From Candidatus Melainabacteria bacterium (lineage in GTDB: Bacteria; Actinomycetota; Actinomycetes; Mycobacteriales; Pseudonocardiaceae): a stretch of DNA of 64,000 nt. This document shows, in pieces, positions 16,137 through 29,151 of the stretch (position 1 is the stretch's first letter; the number at the start of each line of letters is the position of its first letter). The position numbers and the translations under genes were made by a program. The stretch is taken from the NCBI GenBank assembly GCA_963818685.1, contig CAWFTJ010000004.1:649304-713303 (forward strand), in the 5' to 3' direction. The notes beneath the pieces were generated by a model. It did no database searches and was not told the DNA's origin. It worked only from the letters and a program-made list of their open reading frames with translations.

Positions 16137-18314
16137 ATGACCGAGAACATGTTCCGCTGGGAAGCCGATGGCGACGGGATCGTCGTACTCACGATGGACG
16201 ACCCGAGCCAGTCGGCGAACACCATGAACGACACGTTCCGCCGTTCGCTTGACGAGACCGTTGCGCGGCTTGAGGCGGAAAAGGACAACATCACCGGCGT
16301 GGTGATCACCTCGGCGAAGAAGACCTTCTTCGCAGGTGGTGACCTGCGGCTGATGAGCAAGGCGACCAAGGCGGACGCGCCTGCCATCGCGGAGATGTCG
16401 CTGGCCATGAAGGGCGCGCTGCGCAGGCTGGAGACGCTGGGCAAGCCGGTGGTCGCGGCGATCAACGGGGCCGCGCTCGGCGGCGGTTACGAGATCGCGC
16501 TGGCCTGCCACCACCGGATCGCGCTGGACGCGAAGGGCAGCGAGATCGGGCTGCCCGAGGTCACGTTGGGCCTGCTGCCCGGTGGCGGTGGGGTCGTTCG
16601 CACGGTGCGCAAGTTCGGCATTCAGAACGCGCTGTTGAACATCCTGTTGCAGGGGCAGCGGCGCAAACCCAAGGACGCGCTGGGGCTTGGCATGGTCGAC
16701 GAGGTCGTCGACACTCCGGAGGAGATGCTGGCCAGGGCCAAGGAATGGATCAGGGCCAACCCGCAGGCCGTGCAGCCCTGGGACGAGAAGGGCTACAAGA
16801 TCCCCGGCGGCACGCCGTCCAATCCGTCGTTCGCGGCGAACCTGCCTGCGTTCCCGGCGAACCTGCGCAAGCAGCTCAAGGGCGCGCCGATGCCCGCGCC
16901 GCGCAACATTCTCGCCGCCGCCGTCGAGGGCGCGCAGGTGGATTTCGACACCGCGATCAAGATCGAGACGACCTACTTCGTGGAACTGGTCACCGGTCAG
17001 GTGTCCAAGAACATGACCAAGGCGTTCTTCTTCGACCTGCAGGCCATCAACTCCGGTGCGAGCAGGCCGAAGGGCGATTTCGAGACGTTCAGCGCGACCA
17101 GGGCGATCGTGCTCGGCGCCGGCATGATGGGCGCGGCCATCGCGTACGTGTGCGCGTTGGCCGGGATCGAGGTCGTGCTCAAGGATGTCTCGCTTGAGGC
17201 GGCGCAGAAAGGGAAGGCGTACTCGAAGAAGCTCGTCGACAAGGCGGTTTCGCGCGGCAAGACCACTCAGGAGAAGGGTGACGCGCTGCTCGCCAGGATC
17301 AGGCCGACCGCCGACCCGGCCGATGCGGCAGGCTGCGATCTGGTCATCGAGGCCGTTTTCGAAAGCCCCGAGCTGAAGAAGAAGGTCTACGCGGAGATCG
17401 AGGATCTGCTGGCGCCGAACGCCTTGTTCGGGTCGAACACGTCCACGCTGCCGATCACGGGGCTGGCTGAGGGTGTCAAGAAGCCGGAGGATTTCATCGG
17501 GCTGCATTTCTTCTCGCCGGTCGACAAGATGCCGCTGCTGGAGATCGTGGTCGGCGAGAAGACCAGCGACGCGACCGTGGCCAAGGCGCTGGACGTGGCC
17601 AAGCAGATCCGCAAGACGCCGATCGTGGTCAACGACAGCCGCGGCTTCTTCACCAGCCGGGTCATCGGCACCTTCCTCAACGAGGCCGTTGCCATGGTCG
17701 GCGAGGGCGTGCCTGCGCCGTCCATCGAGCAGGCCGGCAGCCAGGCCGGTTATCCGGCCCCGCCGTTGCAGCTGATGGATGAGCTGACCCTGACCCTGCC
17801 GCGCAAGATCCGGCAGGAGACCAAGGCCGGCATCGAGGCGGCGGGCGGCACCTGGGTGGCGCACCCGTCGGAGGGCGTGATCGACAGGATGGTCGAGGAG
17901 TTCGACCGCAAGGGCCGCTCCACCGGTGCCGGTTTCTACGAGTACGAGGACGGCAAGCGGACGAGGTTGTGGCCGGGACTTGCCGAGCATTTCGGCAAGC
18001 CGGGTGTTGACGAGCCGTTCATCGACCTCCAGGAGCGGATGTTGTTCGCGGAGGCGCTGGAGACCGTCAAGTGCTTCGACGAGGGCGTGCTGCGCACCAT
18101 CCCGGACGCGAACATCGGCTCGATCTTCGGCATCGGCTTCCCGGCCTGGACTGGTGGTGTCATCCAGTACATCAACGGTTACGAGGGCGGCCTGGCCGGC
18201 TTCGTGGCCCGCGCGCGCGAACTGGCCGCCACCTACGGCGAGCGGTTCACCCCGCCACAGTCCCTTGTGGACAAGGCGGAGCGCGGCGAGAGCTACGAGC
18301 AGCGGAACGGATGA
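16137..18314 (+). CDS. fadB: Multifunctional 3-hydroxyacyl-CoA dehydrogenase/enoyl-CoA hydratase
   Basis: N-terminal crotonase domain (FFAGGDL, AAINGAALGGG) followed by an NAD-binding GAGMMGAAIA dehydrogenase domain. 725 aa. Confidence 0.92.
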   Translation: MTENMFRWEADGDGIVVLTMDDPSQSANTMNDTFRRSLDETVARLEAEKDNITGVVITSAKKTFFAGGDLRLMSKATKADAPAIAEMSLAMKGALRRLETLGKPVVAAINGAALGGGYEIALACHHRIALDAKGSEIGLPEVTLGLLPGGGGVVRTVRKFGIQNALLNILLQGQRRKPKDALGLGMVDEVVDTPEEMLARAKEWIRANPQAVQPWDEKGYKIPGGTPSNPSFAANLPAFPANLRKQLKGAPMPAPRNILAAAVEGAQVDFDTAIKIETTYFVELVTGQVSKNMTKAFFFDLQAINSGASRPKGDFETFSATRAIVLGAGMMGAAIAYVCALAGIEVVLKDVSLEAAQKGKAYSKKLVDKAVSRGKTTQEKGDALLARIRPTADPADAAGCDLVIEAVFESPELKKKVYAEIEDLLAPNALFGSNTSTLPITGLAEGVKKPEDFIGLHFFSPVDKMPLLEIVVGEKTSDATVAKALDVAKQIRKTPIVVNDSRGFFTSRVIGTFLNEAVAMVGEGVPAPSIEQAGSQAGYPAPPLQLMDELTLTLPRKIRQETKAGIEAAGGTWVAHPSEGVIDRMVEEFDRKGRSTGAGFYEYEDGKRTRLWPGLAEHFGKPGVDEPFIDLQERMLFAEALETVKCFDEGVLRTIPDANIGSIFGIGFPAWTGGVIQYINGYEGGLAGFVARARELAATYGERFTPPQSLVDKAERGESYEQRNG

Positions 18315-19159
18315 CACAGATGGCGGAGAAGGGTTCGCTTGCCGGCCGGACGTTGCTGATGTCCGGCGGCAGCAGGGGTATCGGGCTGGCGATCGCGCTG
18401 CGGGCGGCCGAGGACGGCGCGAACGTCGCGCTGATCGCCAAGACGGATCGGCCCGACCCTCGGCTGCCCGGCACGATCCACACCGCCGCCGAGGAGATCG
18501 AGAAAGCCGGCGGCCAGGTGTTGCCGATCGTCGGCGACGTGCGCGACGAGGAGCAGGTCACCTCGGCGGTCGAGCGCACGGTTGACCGGTTCGGGGGCAT
18601 CGACCTGCTGCTGAACAACGCCTCCGCGATCAACCTGAACAACATCGGCAACCTGCCGGTCAAGCGCTACGACCTGATGATGGACATCAACGTGCGTGGC
18701 ACGTTCGTGCTCACCTCGGCCGCCCTGCCGCACCTGCTCAGGTCGAGCAATCCGCACGTGCTCACGCTGTCGCCGCCACTGGATCCGGACCGGCGCTGGC
18801 TGGCCACGCACGCGCCCTACACGATCAGCAAGTACGGCATGACCATGCTGACGCTGGGCGTTGCCGAGCAGTACCGGGAGGAGGGCGTGGCCGCGAACTG
18901 CCTGTGGCCGCGCACCACGATCGCGACCGCGGCCATCCAGAACATCGTCGGCGGCGACACGGCCATGGCCGTGTCGCGCCGGCCGGAGATCATGGGCGAC
19001 GCGGCGTACGAGATCTTCGTCAGGCCGGCCAGGGAGTACACCGGGCAGACGCTGATCGACGACGACGTGCTGCGCGCGGCGGGCGTCACCGACCTCGACC
19101 GGTATCGGTACCCGGGCGCCAAGGAGGACCAGCTCCAGCCGGACATCTTCCTCGGCTAG
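18311..19159 (+). CDS. SDR family oxidoreductase
   Basis: GGSRGIGLAIA cofactor motif and YTISKYG active-site motif. The ATG overlaps the fadB stop (ATGA). The ORF-track upstream extension from 18071 lies inside fadB. Confidence 0.85.
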   Translation: MTQMAEKGSLAGRTLLMSGGSRGIGLAIALRAAEDGANVALIAKTDRPDPRLPGTIHTAAEEIEKAGGQVLPIVGDVRDEEQVTSAVERTVDRFGGIDLLLNNASAINLNNIGNLPVKRYDLMMDINVRGTFVLTSAALPHLLRSSNPHVLTLSPPLDPDRRWLATHAPYTISKYGMTMLTLGVAEQYREEGVAANCLWPRTTIATAAIQNIVGGDTAMAVSRRPEIMGDAAYEIFVRPAREYTGQTLIDDDVLRAAGVTDLDRYRYPGAKEDQLQPDIFLG

Positions 19160-19178
19160 TTCGTATCAGGCGTTCGTG

Positions 19179-19832
19179 TTAGGCGTTGGCGCCGGTCAGG
19201 GCGAAGAACTCCTGGCGGGAGCGGGCGTCCTCGCGGAGCGTGCCGAGCAGGGTCGAGGTGATCGTCGTCGAGCCCGTCGCCTGGACACCGCGCAGCGTCA
19301 TGCAGGTGTGCTCGGCCTCGATCACCACGCCGACGCCCTTGGGGCGCAGTTGCTCGCACAGCCAGTCCGCGACCTGCTTGGTGAGCCGCTCCTGCACCTG
19401 CGGCCGGCAGGCGAAGTGCTCGACGATCCTGGCCAGCTTGGACAGCCCGAGGATGCGCTCCCCCGGCAGGTAGCCGACGTGCGCGACGCCGACGAACGGC
19501 AGCAGGTGGTGTTCGCAGACCGAGCGCACCGGAATGTCGCGGGCCAGCACCAGTTCGTCGTAGCCCTCGTCGTTGGGGAACGTGGTCAGGTCGAACGGTC
19601 GCGGGGTGAACAGCTCGGTGTATGCCTTGGCCATCCGCCGTGGAGTGCCGCGCATGCCCTCCGAGTCGGTGGCAACGCCGAGGGCGTGCAGGAACGCCGC
19701 CGCGGCACGCTCCGCCTCGTCCAGGTCGACACCGGATTCGGGCTCGTGCACGACGCGCAGGGCAGACTGGGCAGACATGGCAACGTCCTCGCGGGTGGGA
19801 ACCTGTTGTCGAGCTGGCCGGTGCTGCGCCAA
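19179..19832 (-). CDS. folE: GTP cyclohydrolase I
   Basis: VCEHHLLPFVGVAHVGYLP and LSKLARIVEHFACRPQVQERLT are FolE signatures. The start may be the internal ATG at 19778. Confidence 0.92.
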   Translation of the reverse strand: MAQHRPARQQVPTREDVAMSAQSALRVVHEPESGVDLDEAERAAAAFLHALGVATDSEGMRGTPRRMAKAYTELFTPRPFDLTTFPNDEGYDELVLARDIPVRSVCEHHLLPFVGVAHVGYLPGERILGLSKLARIVEHFACRPQVQERLTKQVADWLCEQLRPKGVGVVIEAEHTCMTLRGVQATGSTTITSTLLGTLREDARSRQEFFALTGANA

Positions 19833-19869
19833 CCCGAGGTACAGCCTCTGTCATCCTAGGCAATTTCGT

Positions 19870-19890
19870 AAATAGACCTTGGTCTTATTT
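19870..19890. promoter_or_regulatory. Imperfect AT-rich palindrome AAATAGACC-TT-GGTCTTATTT between folE and the divergent wHTH regulator
   Basis: Read directly. It lies in a conspicuously AT-rich divergent intergenic region. Confidence 0.3.
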
Positions 19891-19957
19891 CACAATCTGG
19901 TCAACCACTCTGGCAGAGTCATAGGTCACAGCCATTGCTACCATCTTCGTAGGCGAT

Positions 19958-23073
<3,116 letters not shown>

Positions 23074-23129
23074 CACCTCTCGCGACGTGCACCTAGCGTT
23101 CGCCGGAGACAACCGAACACGCTGTTGAT

Positions 23130-23305
23130 CTCGCGCGGGAGAGTCCACGGTCCGCCGTGGCGCCGAAGGAGCAAACCTCCCGGGAAACTCTCAGGCCCAC
23201 CTACCGCGCGGGGGAGGCAACTCTGAAAAGAGGCGTCCGCGCGCCTCGCCCACGGTGCAAACCGTCGTGACCGACGGTGAAGCTCTCAGGCCAATGACAG
23301 AGTGG
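23130..23305 (+). promoter_or_regulatory. Tandem glycine riboswitch (two aptamers)
   Basis: Aptamer 1 (~23132-23210): CGCGCGGGAGAG...GGCGCCGAAGGAGCAAAC...CTCTCAGGC...ACCGCGCG. Aptamer 2 (~23221-23302): CTCTGAAAAGAGG...CACGGTGCAAAC...CTCTCAGGCCAATGACAGAG. The conserved cores match the gcvT-type consensus that I recall. Confidence 0.75.
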
Positions 23306-23356
23306 GAGGCTTTTTGCAGTCGGCGCACCGCGGTGCCCGCTATCAAGGAGCCTGCC

Positions 23357-24730
23357 ATGACCATCAGCGTCTTCGATCTTTTCAAGATCGGCATCGGGCC
23401 GTCCAGTTCGCACACGGTCGGCCCGATGAAGGCGGCTCGACGCTTCGCGTTGGGCCTGCGGGAGCACGGGCTGCTGAGTCGCACTCGGACGGTGCGGGCC
23501 GAGTTGTTCGGCTCGCTCGGCGCGACCGGGCACGGGCACGGCAGCGACCGCGCTGTGCTGCTCGGACTGTCCGGGGCGGACCCGCGCACGGTGGACACCG
23601 ACACCGTGCAGGAGCGGGTCGCCGCGATCCGCCAGGACAACGCGATCGACCTGCTCGGCGAGCACCGGATCAGCTTCGATCCAGACTGCGACCTTGTGCT
23701 GCACCGTCGCCGTTCGCTGCCGGCGCACCCGAACGGGATGACGTTCACCGCGCTGGACGAGGCGGGCGAGGTGATGCGGGCGAAGACGTACTACTCGGTC
23801 GGCGGCGGGTTCGTCGTCGACGAGTCGGCGACCGGCGCGGACCGGATCAAGGTGGACGACACGCCGGTCGCGTATCCGTTCGCGACCGCCGTTGAGCTGC
23901 TGGCCCGGTGTGAAGAGGCCGAGCTACCGATCAGCGGGGTGATGCTGGCCAACGAGCTGTCCTGGCGGTCGCAGGAGCAGGTCAGGGCCGAGTTGGCCGA
24001 GATCTGGCAGGCGATGCAGGACTGCGTGCAACGGGGCTGCACGAACGACGGTGTGCTGCCTGGCGGGTTGAAGGTGCGGCGGCGGGCCGCCGAACTGCAT
24101 CGCACGCTGACCACCGAGCACTACGCGACCGACCCGCTGCGCGTGCTGGACTGGGTGAGCCTGTTCGCGTTGGCGGTGAACGAGGAGAACGCCTCCGGTG
24201 GCCGGGTGGTGACCGCGCCGACGAACGGGGCGGCCGGGATCGTGCCGGCCGTGCTGCACTACTACACGCGGTTCGTGCCGGGCGCCGACGCGGACGGAGT
24301 GGCGCGGTTCCTGCTCACCGCTGGCGCGATCGGCGTGCTGTTCAAGGAGAACGCGTCCATCTCGGGAGCCGAGGTTGGCTGTCAGGGTGAGGTCGGCTCG
24401 GCGTGCTCGATGGCGGCGGGCGGGCTGTGTGAGGTGCTGGGCGGGAGCCCTCGGCAGGTGGAGAACGCCGCCGAGATCGCCATGGAACACAACCTTGGCC
24501 TTACCTGCGACCCGGTTGGCGGCCTCGTGCAGATTCCGTGCATCGAACGCAACGCGCTCGCGTCCATCAAGGCGATCAGCGCGGCTCGGATGGCCCTGCG
24601 CGGCGACGGCACGCATTTCGTGTCGTTGGACAAGGTCATCAAGACGATGCGCGAGACCGGCGCCGACATGAAGGTCAAGTACAAGGAGACGGCGCGCGGC
24701 GGGCTCGCGGTGAACGTGATCGAGTGCTGA
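23357..24730 (+). CDS. sdaA: L-serine ammonia-lyase (L-serine dehydratase, Fe-S type)
   Basis: [25 protein letters not shown]-terminus and the CQGEVGSAC Fe-S cluster motif. ATG 23357 lies behind AAGGAG. The ORF-track start at 23255 falls inside the riboswitch. Confidence 0.93.
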   Translation: MTISVFDLFKIGIGPSSSHTVGPMKAARRFALGLREHGLLSRTRTVRAELFGSLGATGHGHGSDRAVLLGLSGADPRTVDTDTVQERVAAIRQDNAIDLLGEHRISFDPDCDLVLHRRRSLPAHPNGMTFTALDEAGEVMRAKTYYSVGGGFVVDESATGADRIKVDDTPVAYPFATAVELLARCEEAELPISGVMLANELSWRSQEQVRAELAEIWQAMQDCVQRGCTNDGVLPGGLKVRRRAAELHRTLTTEHYATDPLRVLDWVSLFALAVNEENASGGRVVTAPTNGAAGIVPAVLHYYTRFVPGADADGVARFLLTAGAIGVLFKENASISGAEVGCQGEVGSACSMAAGGLCEVLGGSPRQVENAAEIAMEHNLGLTCDPVGGLVQIPCIERNALASIKAISAARMALRGDGTHFVSLDKVIKTMRETGADMKVKYKETARGGLAVNVIEC

Positions 24731-24735
24731 GCTGA

Positions 24736-24764
24736 GCCGGCGCCCCCGTATGCGGGGCGCCGGC
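24736..24764. terminator. Bidirectional stem-loop between convergent sdaA and the Fe-S reductase gene
   Basis: Perfect 11-bp GC-rich stem, GCCGGCGCCCC (24736-24746) and GGGGCGCCGGC (24754-24764), with a 7-nt loop. Confidence 0.6.
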
Positions 24765-24771
24765 CCGAAGG

Positions 24772-26958
24772 TCATTCGCCGCGCTTGACGGCGGTGAGCA
24801 GCAGCTGGGCGACGTCGACGACCTCAAGGCTCTCGGGCGCCGCGCCGCTGTTCTGGCGATCGGTCACGCCGTCGGTCATCATCACCCGGCAGAACGGGCA
24901 GCCAGTGGCGATCTTGTTCGGCGCGGTGCCGAGCGCCTCGTCGACCCGCTCAAGGTTGATCTGCTTGCCGATCCGCTCCTCCATCCACATGCGTGCGCCA
25001 CCGGCGCCGCAGCAGAACGAGCGATCAGCGTGCCTCGGCATCTCACGCAGGTTCGCGCCGGACGCACCGACCAGCTCACGAGGGGCCTCGTAGACCTTGT
25101 TGTGCCGGCCCAGGTAGCACGGGTCGTGGTAGGTGACGTCCTCGGCCACCGGCGCGACCGGGACCAGCCTGCGCTCGCGCACGAGCCGGTTGAGCAGCTG
25201 GGTGTGGTGCACGACCTCGTAGTCGCCGCCGACCTGCGGGTACTCGTTGCCGATGGTGTTGAAGCAGTGCGGGCAGGTGACCACGATCTTGCGCCGGAGC
25301 GGTTCGCGGCCCTCGAAAAGGGTGTTGAGGATCTCGACGTTCTGCTGCGCGAGCATCTGGAACAGGAACTCGTTGCCGGCGCGGCGGGCCGGGTCGCCGG
25401 TGCAGGTCTCCTCCGAGCCGAGCACCACGTACTTGACGTCGGCCATGTGCAGCAGTTCGGCGACGGCCTGGGTGGTCTTGCGCGCGCGGTCCTCGAACGC
25501 GCCCGCGCAGCCGACCCAGAACAGGTACTCGACGTCGTCGGCGAGTTCGCCGTCGAAGACGGGCACCTCGAAGTCCAGGCCCTCTGTCCACTGGAGACGG
25601 TCCCGTGCGTTCTGGCCCCAGGGGTTGCCCTTGTTCTCCAGGTTCTTGAACATGCCGCCGAGCTCGGTCGGGAAGTTCGACTCGATCAGCACCTGGTAGC
25701 GGCGCATGTCGACGATGTGGTCGACGTGCTCGATGTCGACGGGGCACTGCTCGACGCAGGCGCCGCAGCTGGTGCAGGACCAGAGCACGTCAGGGTCGAT
25801 GACGCCGCCCTCTTCGAGGGTGCCGACCAGCGGGCGGAGGGCCTGCTCGGGACCGGAGCCGGTGACCCGGCCGAAGCCGGACTCGGGCACGCCGTGACCG
25901 TTGTGCTCCGGACCGCCCTTGGGCACGACCGCGCCCTCGTCTGGCTGGTCCTTGCCGCCGATCAGGTAGGGAGCCTTGGCGAACAGGTGGTCGCGCAGGT
26001 CCATGATGACCAGCTTGGGCGAGAGCGGCTTGCCGGTGTTCCAGGCAGGGCACTGGCTCTGGCAGCGACCGCACTCGGTGCAGGTCGCGAAGTCGAGCAT
26101 GCCCTTCCAGGTGAAGTCCTCGATCTTGCCGCGACCGAAGATGTCGTCCTCACCGGGATCCTCGAAGTCGATCGGCTTGCCGCCGGACTCCATCGGCAGC
26201 AGTGGGCCGAGGCCGTCGGGCAGGCGCTTGGCGCCGACGTTGAGCGGGGCAAGGCCGATGTGCAGGTGCTTGGAGTGCACCACGATGACCAGGAACGCCA
26301 CGATCACCGCGATGTTCACCAGGATGAACACGGTCTCGATGACCCCGTTGACGGTCGGGCCGAAGCCGGCGAACGCGTGGCCGAGCAGCCAGGACGCGAA
26401 CGGCCAGCCGCTGCGGCCGTACGGGAAGTGGCCGGTGGCGTACTGGGCGCCACGGTAGATCAGCAGGGTGATCATGACGCCGGCGATCATGTAGAGCACC
26501 AGCCAGGCCGCGCCGGTGTGCGAGCCGTAGAACCGCGACTTGCGCTCCCGCCGCGCAGGCGCCTGCCGGACCCGCATGATGCCGAACGCGACCAGCGCGA
26601 CGAGCACCGCGACGGTGAAGAAGTCCTCAAGAAATCCGAGCCACCTGGCATGCCCGAACCACCAGAACGCGAAGTCGCGGTCGAACAGGTCGCCCCACGT
26701 TTCGATGATGGTGAAGGTCAGGATCAGGAAGCCCCACATGGTGAAGAAGTGGGCGACGCCCGGTACCGACCATTTGAGCAGTTTGCGCTGGCCGGCGACC
26801 TCGACGATCTCGGTGTTCAGCCGACGGCCGAGCTCCTTGATCCGACCGCTGACCGGTTGGCCGGAGCGGATCAGCCGGTAGAGCCACAGCACGCGCCTGC
26901 CGGCAATGGCAAGGCCGATCGCGGTGATCACCAGGCCGATGACGAGTCGCAGAATCAC
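24772..26958 (-). CDS. Membrane-anchored (Fe-S)-binding reductase (Rv0338c-like, heterodisulfide-reductase/GlpC-related)
   Basis: Multiple N-terminal TM helices. Two ferredoxin-type motifs, CTECGRCQSQCP and CTSCGACVEQCP. C-terminal CCG-type Cys-rich domains. Confidence 0.85.
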   Translation of the reverse strand: MILRLVIGLVITAIGLAIAGRRVLWLYRLIRSGQPVSGRIKELGRRLNTEIVEVAGQRKLLKWSVPGVAHFFTMWGFLILTFTIIETWGDLFDRDFAFWWFGHARWLGFLEDFFTVAVLVALVAFGIMRVRQAPARRERKSRFYGSHTGAAWLVLYMIAGVMITLLIYRGAQYATGHFPYGRSGWPFASWLLGHAFAGFGPTVNGVIETVFILVNIAVIVAFLVIVVHSKHLHIGLAPLNVGAKRLPDGLGPLLPMESGGKPIDFEDPGEDDIFGRGKIEDFTWKGMLDFATCTECGRCQSQCPAWNTGKPLSPKLVIMDLRDHLFAKAPYLIGGKDQPDEGAVVPKGGPEHNGHGVPESGFGRVTGSGPEQALRPLVGTLEEGGVIDPDVLWSCTSCGACVEQCPVDIEHVDHIVDMRRYQVLIESNFPTELGGMFKNLENKGNPWGQNARDRLQWTEGLDFEVPVFDGELADDVEYLFWVGCAGAFEDRARKTTQAVAELLHMADVKYVVLGSEETCTGDPARRAGNEFLFQMLAQQNVEILNTLFEGREPLRRKIVVTCPHCFNTIGNEYPQVGGDYEVVHHTQLLNRLVRERRLVPVAPVAEDVTYHDPCYLGRHNKVYEAPRELVGASGANLREMPRHADRSFCCGAGGARMWMEERIGKQINLERVDEALGTAPNKIATGCPFCRVMMTDGVTDRQNSGAAPESLEVVDVAQLLLTAVKRGE

Positions 26959-27169
26959 GAGTTCTCCCGGTTTGGGGGACTACGTTGTCGAATTCCGGGA
27001 AGCGTACGCCACGTTACCGGCCAGTAACCACCCTGACCGGGCCAGAACGTGGCCAGGATCGCACGACCGTGGGTAACCGGCACCCGGTGAACATCGCTTA
27101 CTTGCGCGACGGGCCGAACCCGACGAATGTTGGCGACCTCGGTGTCGCACGCGTCTCGCTGTACACCGG

Positions 27170-27207
27170 TTACGGACCGTGCCGTGGGGATCGGGCACGG
27201 TCCGTAA
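27170..27207. other. Perfect 14-bp-stem hairpin in a 450-bp divergent intergenic region
   Basis: TTACGGACCGTGCC (27170-27183), a 10-nt loop, then GGCACGGTCCGTAA (27194-27207). It cannot terminate either flanking gene, because both start here and diverge. Confidence 0.5.
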
Positions 27208-27409
27208 TCATGTCGCCACCATATCGTGATGGTTTATCGAACCAGACGAAAGTCGCTGGACAGATCGAGGAACCGGCGATCGAATGCCGTCGTCTCACCC
27301 CCACAGTGCGAGTACGGCGCGCTACCCTGTTCGCGGCGCACCAGCCACGATGGGGAGTGGCCAGGCCCGACGAAGGTGCGCGGACCGGCAAAGACGGAGG
27401 GAACCGGCG

Positions 27410-27850
27410 ATGGCGATTTCGAACAACGACGCCCTTTTCGCTGCGGGTGGCTTGGCTGGCATTGTCGAGGTGGTCGAGGAACTGATCACCGAATCCAACA
27501 ACGGCCTACAGGTGCGGCAGCCCTCCGCCGGTGGCGGCGGTGGCTACCGATTCACCCCGTCCGAGCTGGAATCCGTGCTCAGGCAGTGGCAGCAGCTGCA
27601 CGCCAGCCTGCTGCAGGCGAAGTCGTCCGTGCACACCATGACCGAGGTGCAGGCGCCCGCGAGTGACACCGCGAGCCAGAACGCGACCAGCGCGGCCAGC
27701 CAGTCCGGCCAGGCGTACCAGGACCACCTTGCCGCCATGCTCGACTACTCCGAGCGCTACATCACCGCGCTACAGACCGCGCTCGCCAACTACCACAACG
27801 CGGAAGAGGGCGGCTCGCAGTCGATGCGCAGCGTCAACACCGGCTTCTGA
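27410..27850 (+). CDS. PE-like putative type VII secretion substrate (146 aa)
   Basis: The C-terminal half, GQAYQDHLAAMLDYSERYITALQTALANYHNAEE, resembles PE helix 2 and ends in the YxxxD/E secretion motif (YHNAE). ATG 27410 lies behind GACGGAGGG. It sits directly upstream of a PPE-like gene. Confidence 0.6.
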   Translation: MAISNNDALFAAGGLAGIVEVVEELITESNNGLQVRQPSAGGGGGYRFTPSELESVLRQWQQLHASLLQAKSSVHTMTEVQAPASDTASQNATSAASQSGQAYQDHLAAMLDYSERYITALQTALANYHNAEEGGSQSMRSVNTGF

Positions 27851-27867
27851 TCTGAAGGGGGATCTTG

Positions 27868-29151
27868 ATGGGCGGCTACTCGGCCACGCAGATTTACCAG
27901 ATGTTCCATTCCGGTCCCGGCACGACCGGTATGTATCACGCGACCGATGGCGCGGCCACCCAGATGAGCACCCAGGATGACCTGAACAACCAGATCATCC
28001 AGCTGAACAGCAAGATGGCCGGGGCGTGGGACGGTGAAGCGTCGGAACAGGCGATGTCCGGCGCCGTCCCGCTGGCCAACGCTGCCCAGGACGCGACAAA
28101 CGCGCTCGCCGTGCACCAGAACGTGCTGAGCAGCCAGGCGGAGGCGTTCACCACCGCGCGCAACAGCGTGACGAACGTGCCCTCGCAGATGCCGAACAAC
28201 ACCATGAACGACGTGCTGGCCGTGTTCGGCGACACCGGCCCGCTCGACGACCAGATCAGCCAGTACAACGCCTCGTCGCAGCACAACGTCGCCGTGTACC
28301 AGACCTACGCGCAGACCAGCAGCATCACCGCGGACAGCATGCCGCAGAGCTACGGGCAGATCCCGTTGAGCAACGCGTCGATCACGGTGGTGCCGCCGAG
28401 TTCGACCTCGGGCGGCGGGGGCTACGCCGGGATGAGCACGGTCGGGGTCAACGCTGGCGGTACCGAGGCCGAGCGTCAGGCGGCGCTGGCCAAGCTGCGC
28501 AACCCACCAGGTGCGAACGGCACCCTCGGCGGCAGCCAGGAGGACTCGGTCAGCGGCACCCCGAACGGCACGATCGACGTGCCGCCGGGCGGCGGCGGCA
28601 ACTGGCGCCTGCCGGGTGTTCCGAACGAGCCGAACCTGAACACCAACCCGGACGGCTGGGTGCCATCGCCGACTCCCACGATCGGTGACGAGTTCCCGGC
28701 CGGCCCGGTGCCGGTCGGCGGCTCGAACAACGACAAGGAGAACGAAGAGAAGCTCTCGAACCCGTTCAACACGAACTTCTCCGGCGATCTCAACCCGCCC
28801 AGCGGCCCCGGCGGCTTCGGCCCCGGCGGCAGTACCGGTGGGGCGCAGAACGCGATGAACAGCCTGCGCGGCGGCACGGGTCTCGGCTCCGGGCCCTCTG
28901 GCGTGACCAACAGTTCGCGCAGCGGCATCGGTATGGCCTCGCAGGCCACCGAGGAGTCCATGCTCGGCGGTGGCGGCGGGCTCGGCCCGGCTGGCGTGCC
29001 CGGTGAAGAGGGCGGCATGGGTGGCATGGGGGCCGGCGGCCGGCGCGAGGAGGACAAGGAACACAAGGCAGCGCAGTACCTACAGGAGGCCGATCCGGAC
29101 GCGTTGTTCGGCACGGACGAGATGACCGCACCGCCGGTCATCGGAGAATGA
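27868..29151 (+). CDS. PPE-like protein with Gly/Pro/Asn-rich low-complexity C-terminal half
   Basis: The N-terminus IYQMFHSGPGTTGMYHATDGA...GAWDGEASEQAMSGAVPLANAAQDA parallels the PPE-domain pattern (MY.GPGS...W.G.A). The C-terminal tail is EEDKEHKAAQYLQEADPDALFGTDEMTAPPVIGE. Confidence 0.7.
   Translation: MGGYSATQIYQMFHSGPGTTGMYHATDGAATQMSTQDDLNNQIIQLNSKMAGAWDGEASEQAMSGAVPLANAAQDATNALAVHQNVLSSQAEAFTTARNSVTNVPSQMPNNTMNDVLAVFGDTGPLDDQISQYNASSQHNVAVYQTYAQTSSITADSMPQSYGQIPLSNASITVVPPSSTSGGGGYAGMSTVGVNAGGTEAERQAALAKLRNPPGANGTLGGSQEDSVSGTPNGTIDVPPGGGGNWRLPGVPNEPNLNTNPDGWVPSPTPTIGDEFPAGPVPVGGSNNDKENEEKLSNPFNTNFSGDLNPPSGPGGFGPGGSTGGAQNAMNSLRGGTGLGSGPSGVTNSSRSGIGMASQATEESMLGGGGGLGPAGVPGEEGGMGGMGAGGRREEDKEHKAAQYLQEADPDALFGTDEMTAPPVIGE

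Noticed and set aside
15255-18317. 1020-aa minus-strand ORF spanning fadA and fadB
   Set aside because: It is antisense to two genes with unmistakable thiolase and FadB motifs. Its translation is Arg/Gly/Pro/His-rich with no motif. Long stop-free antisense frames are expected at about 70% GC.
25030-27027. 665-aa plus-strand ORF opposite the Fe-S reductase gene
   Set aside because: It is the antisense shadow of a gene with clear ferredoxin-type CxxCxxCxxxCP motifs and TM helices. Its product is low-complexity and rich in Asp, Gly and Val.
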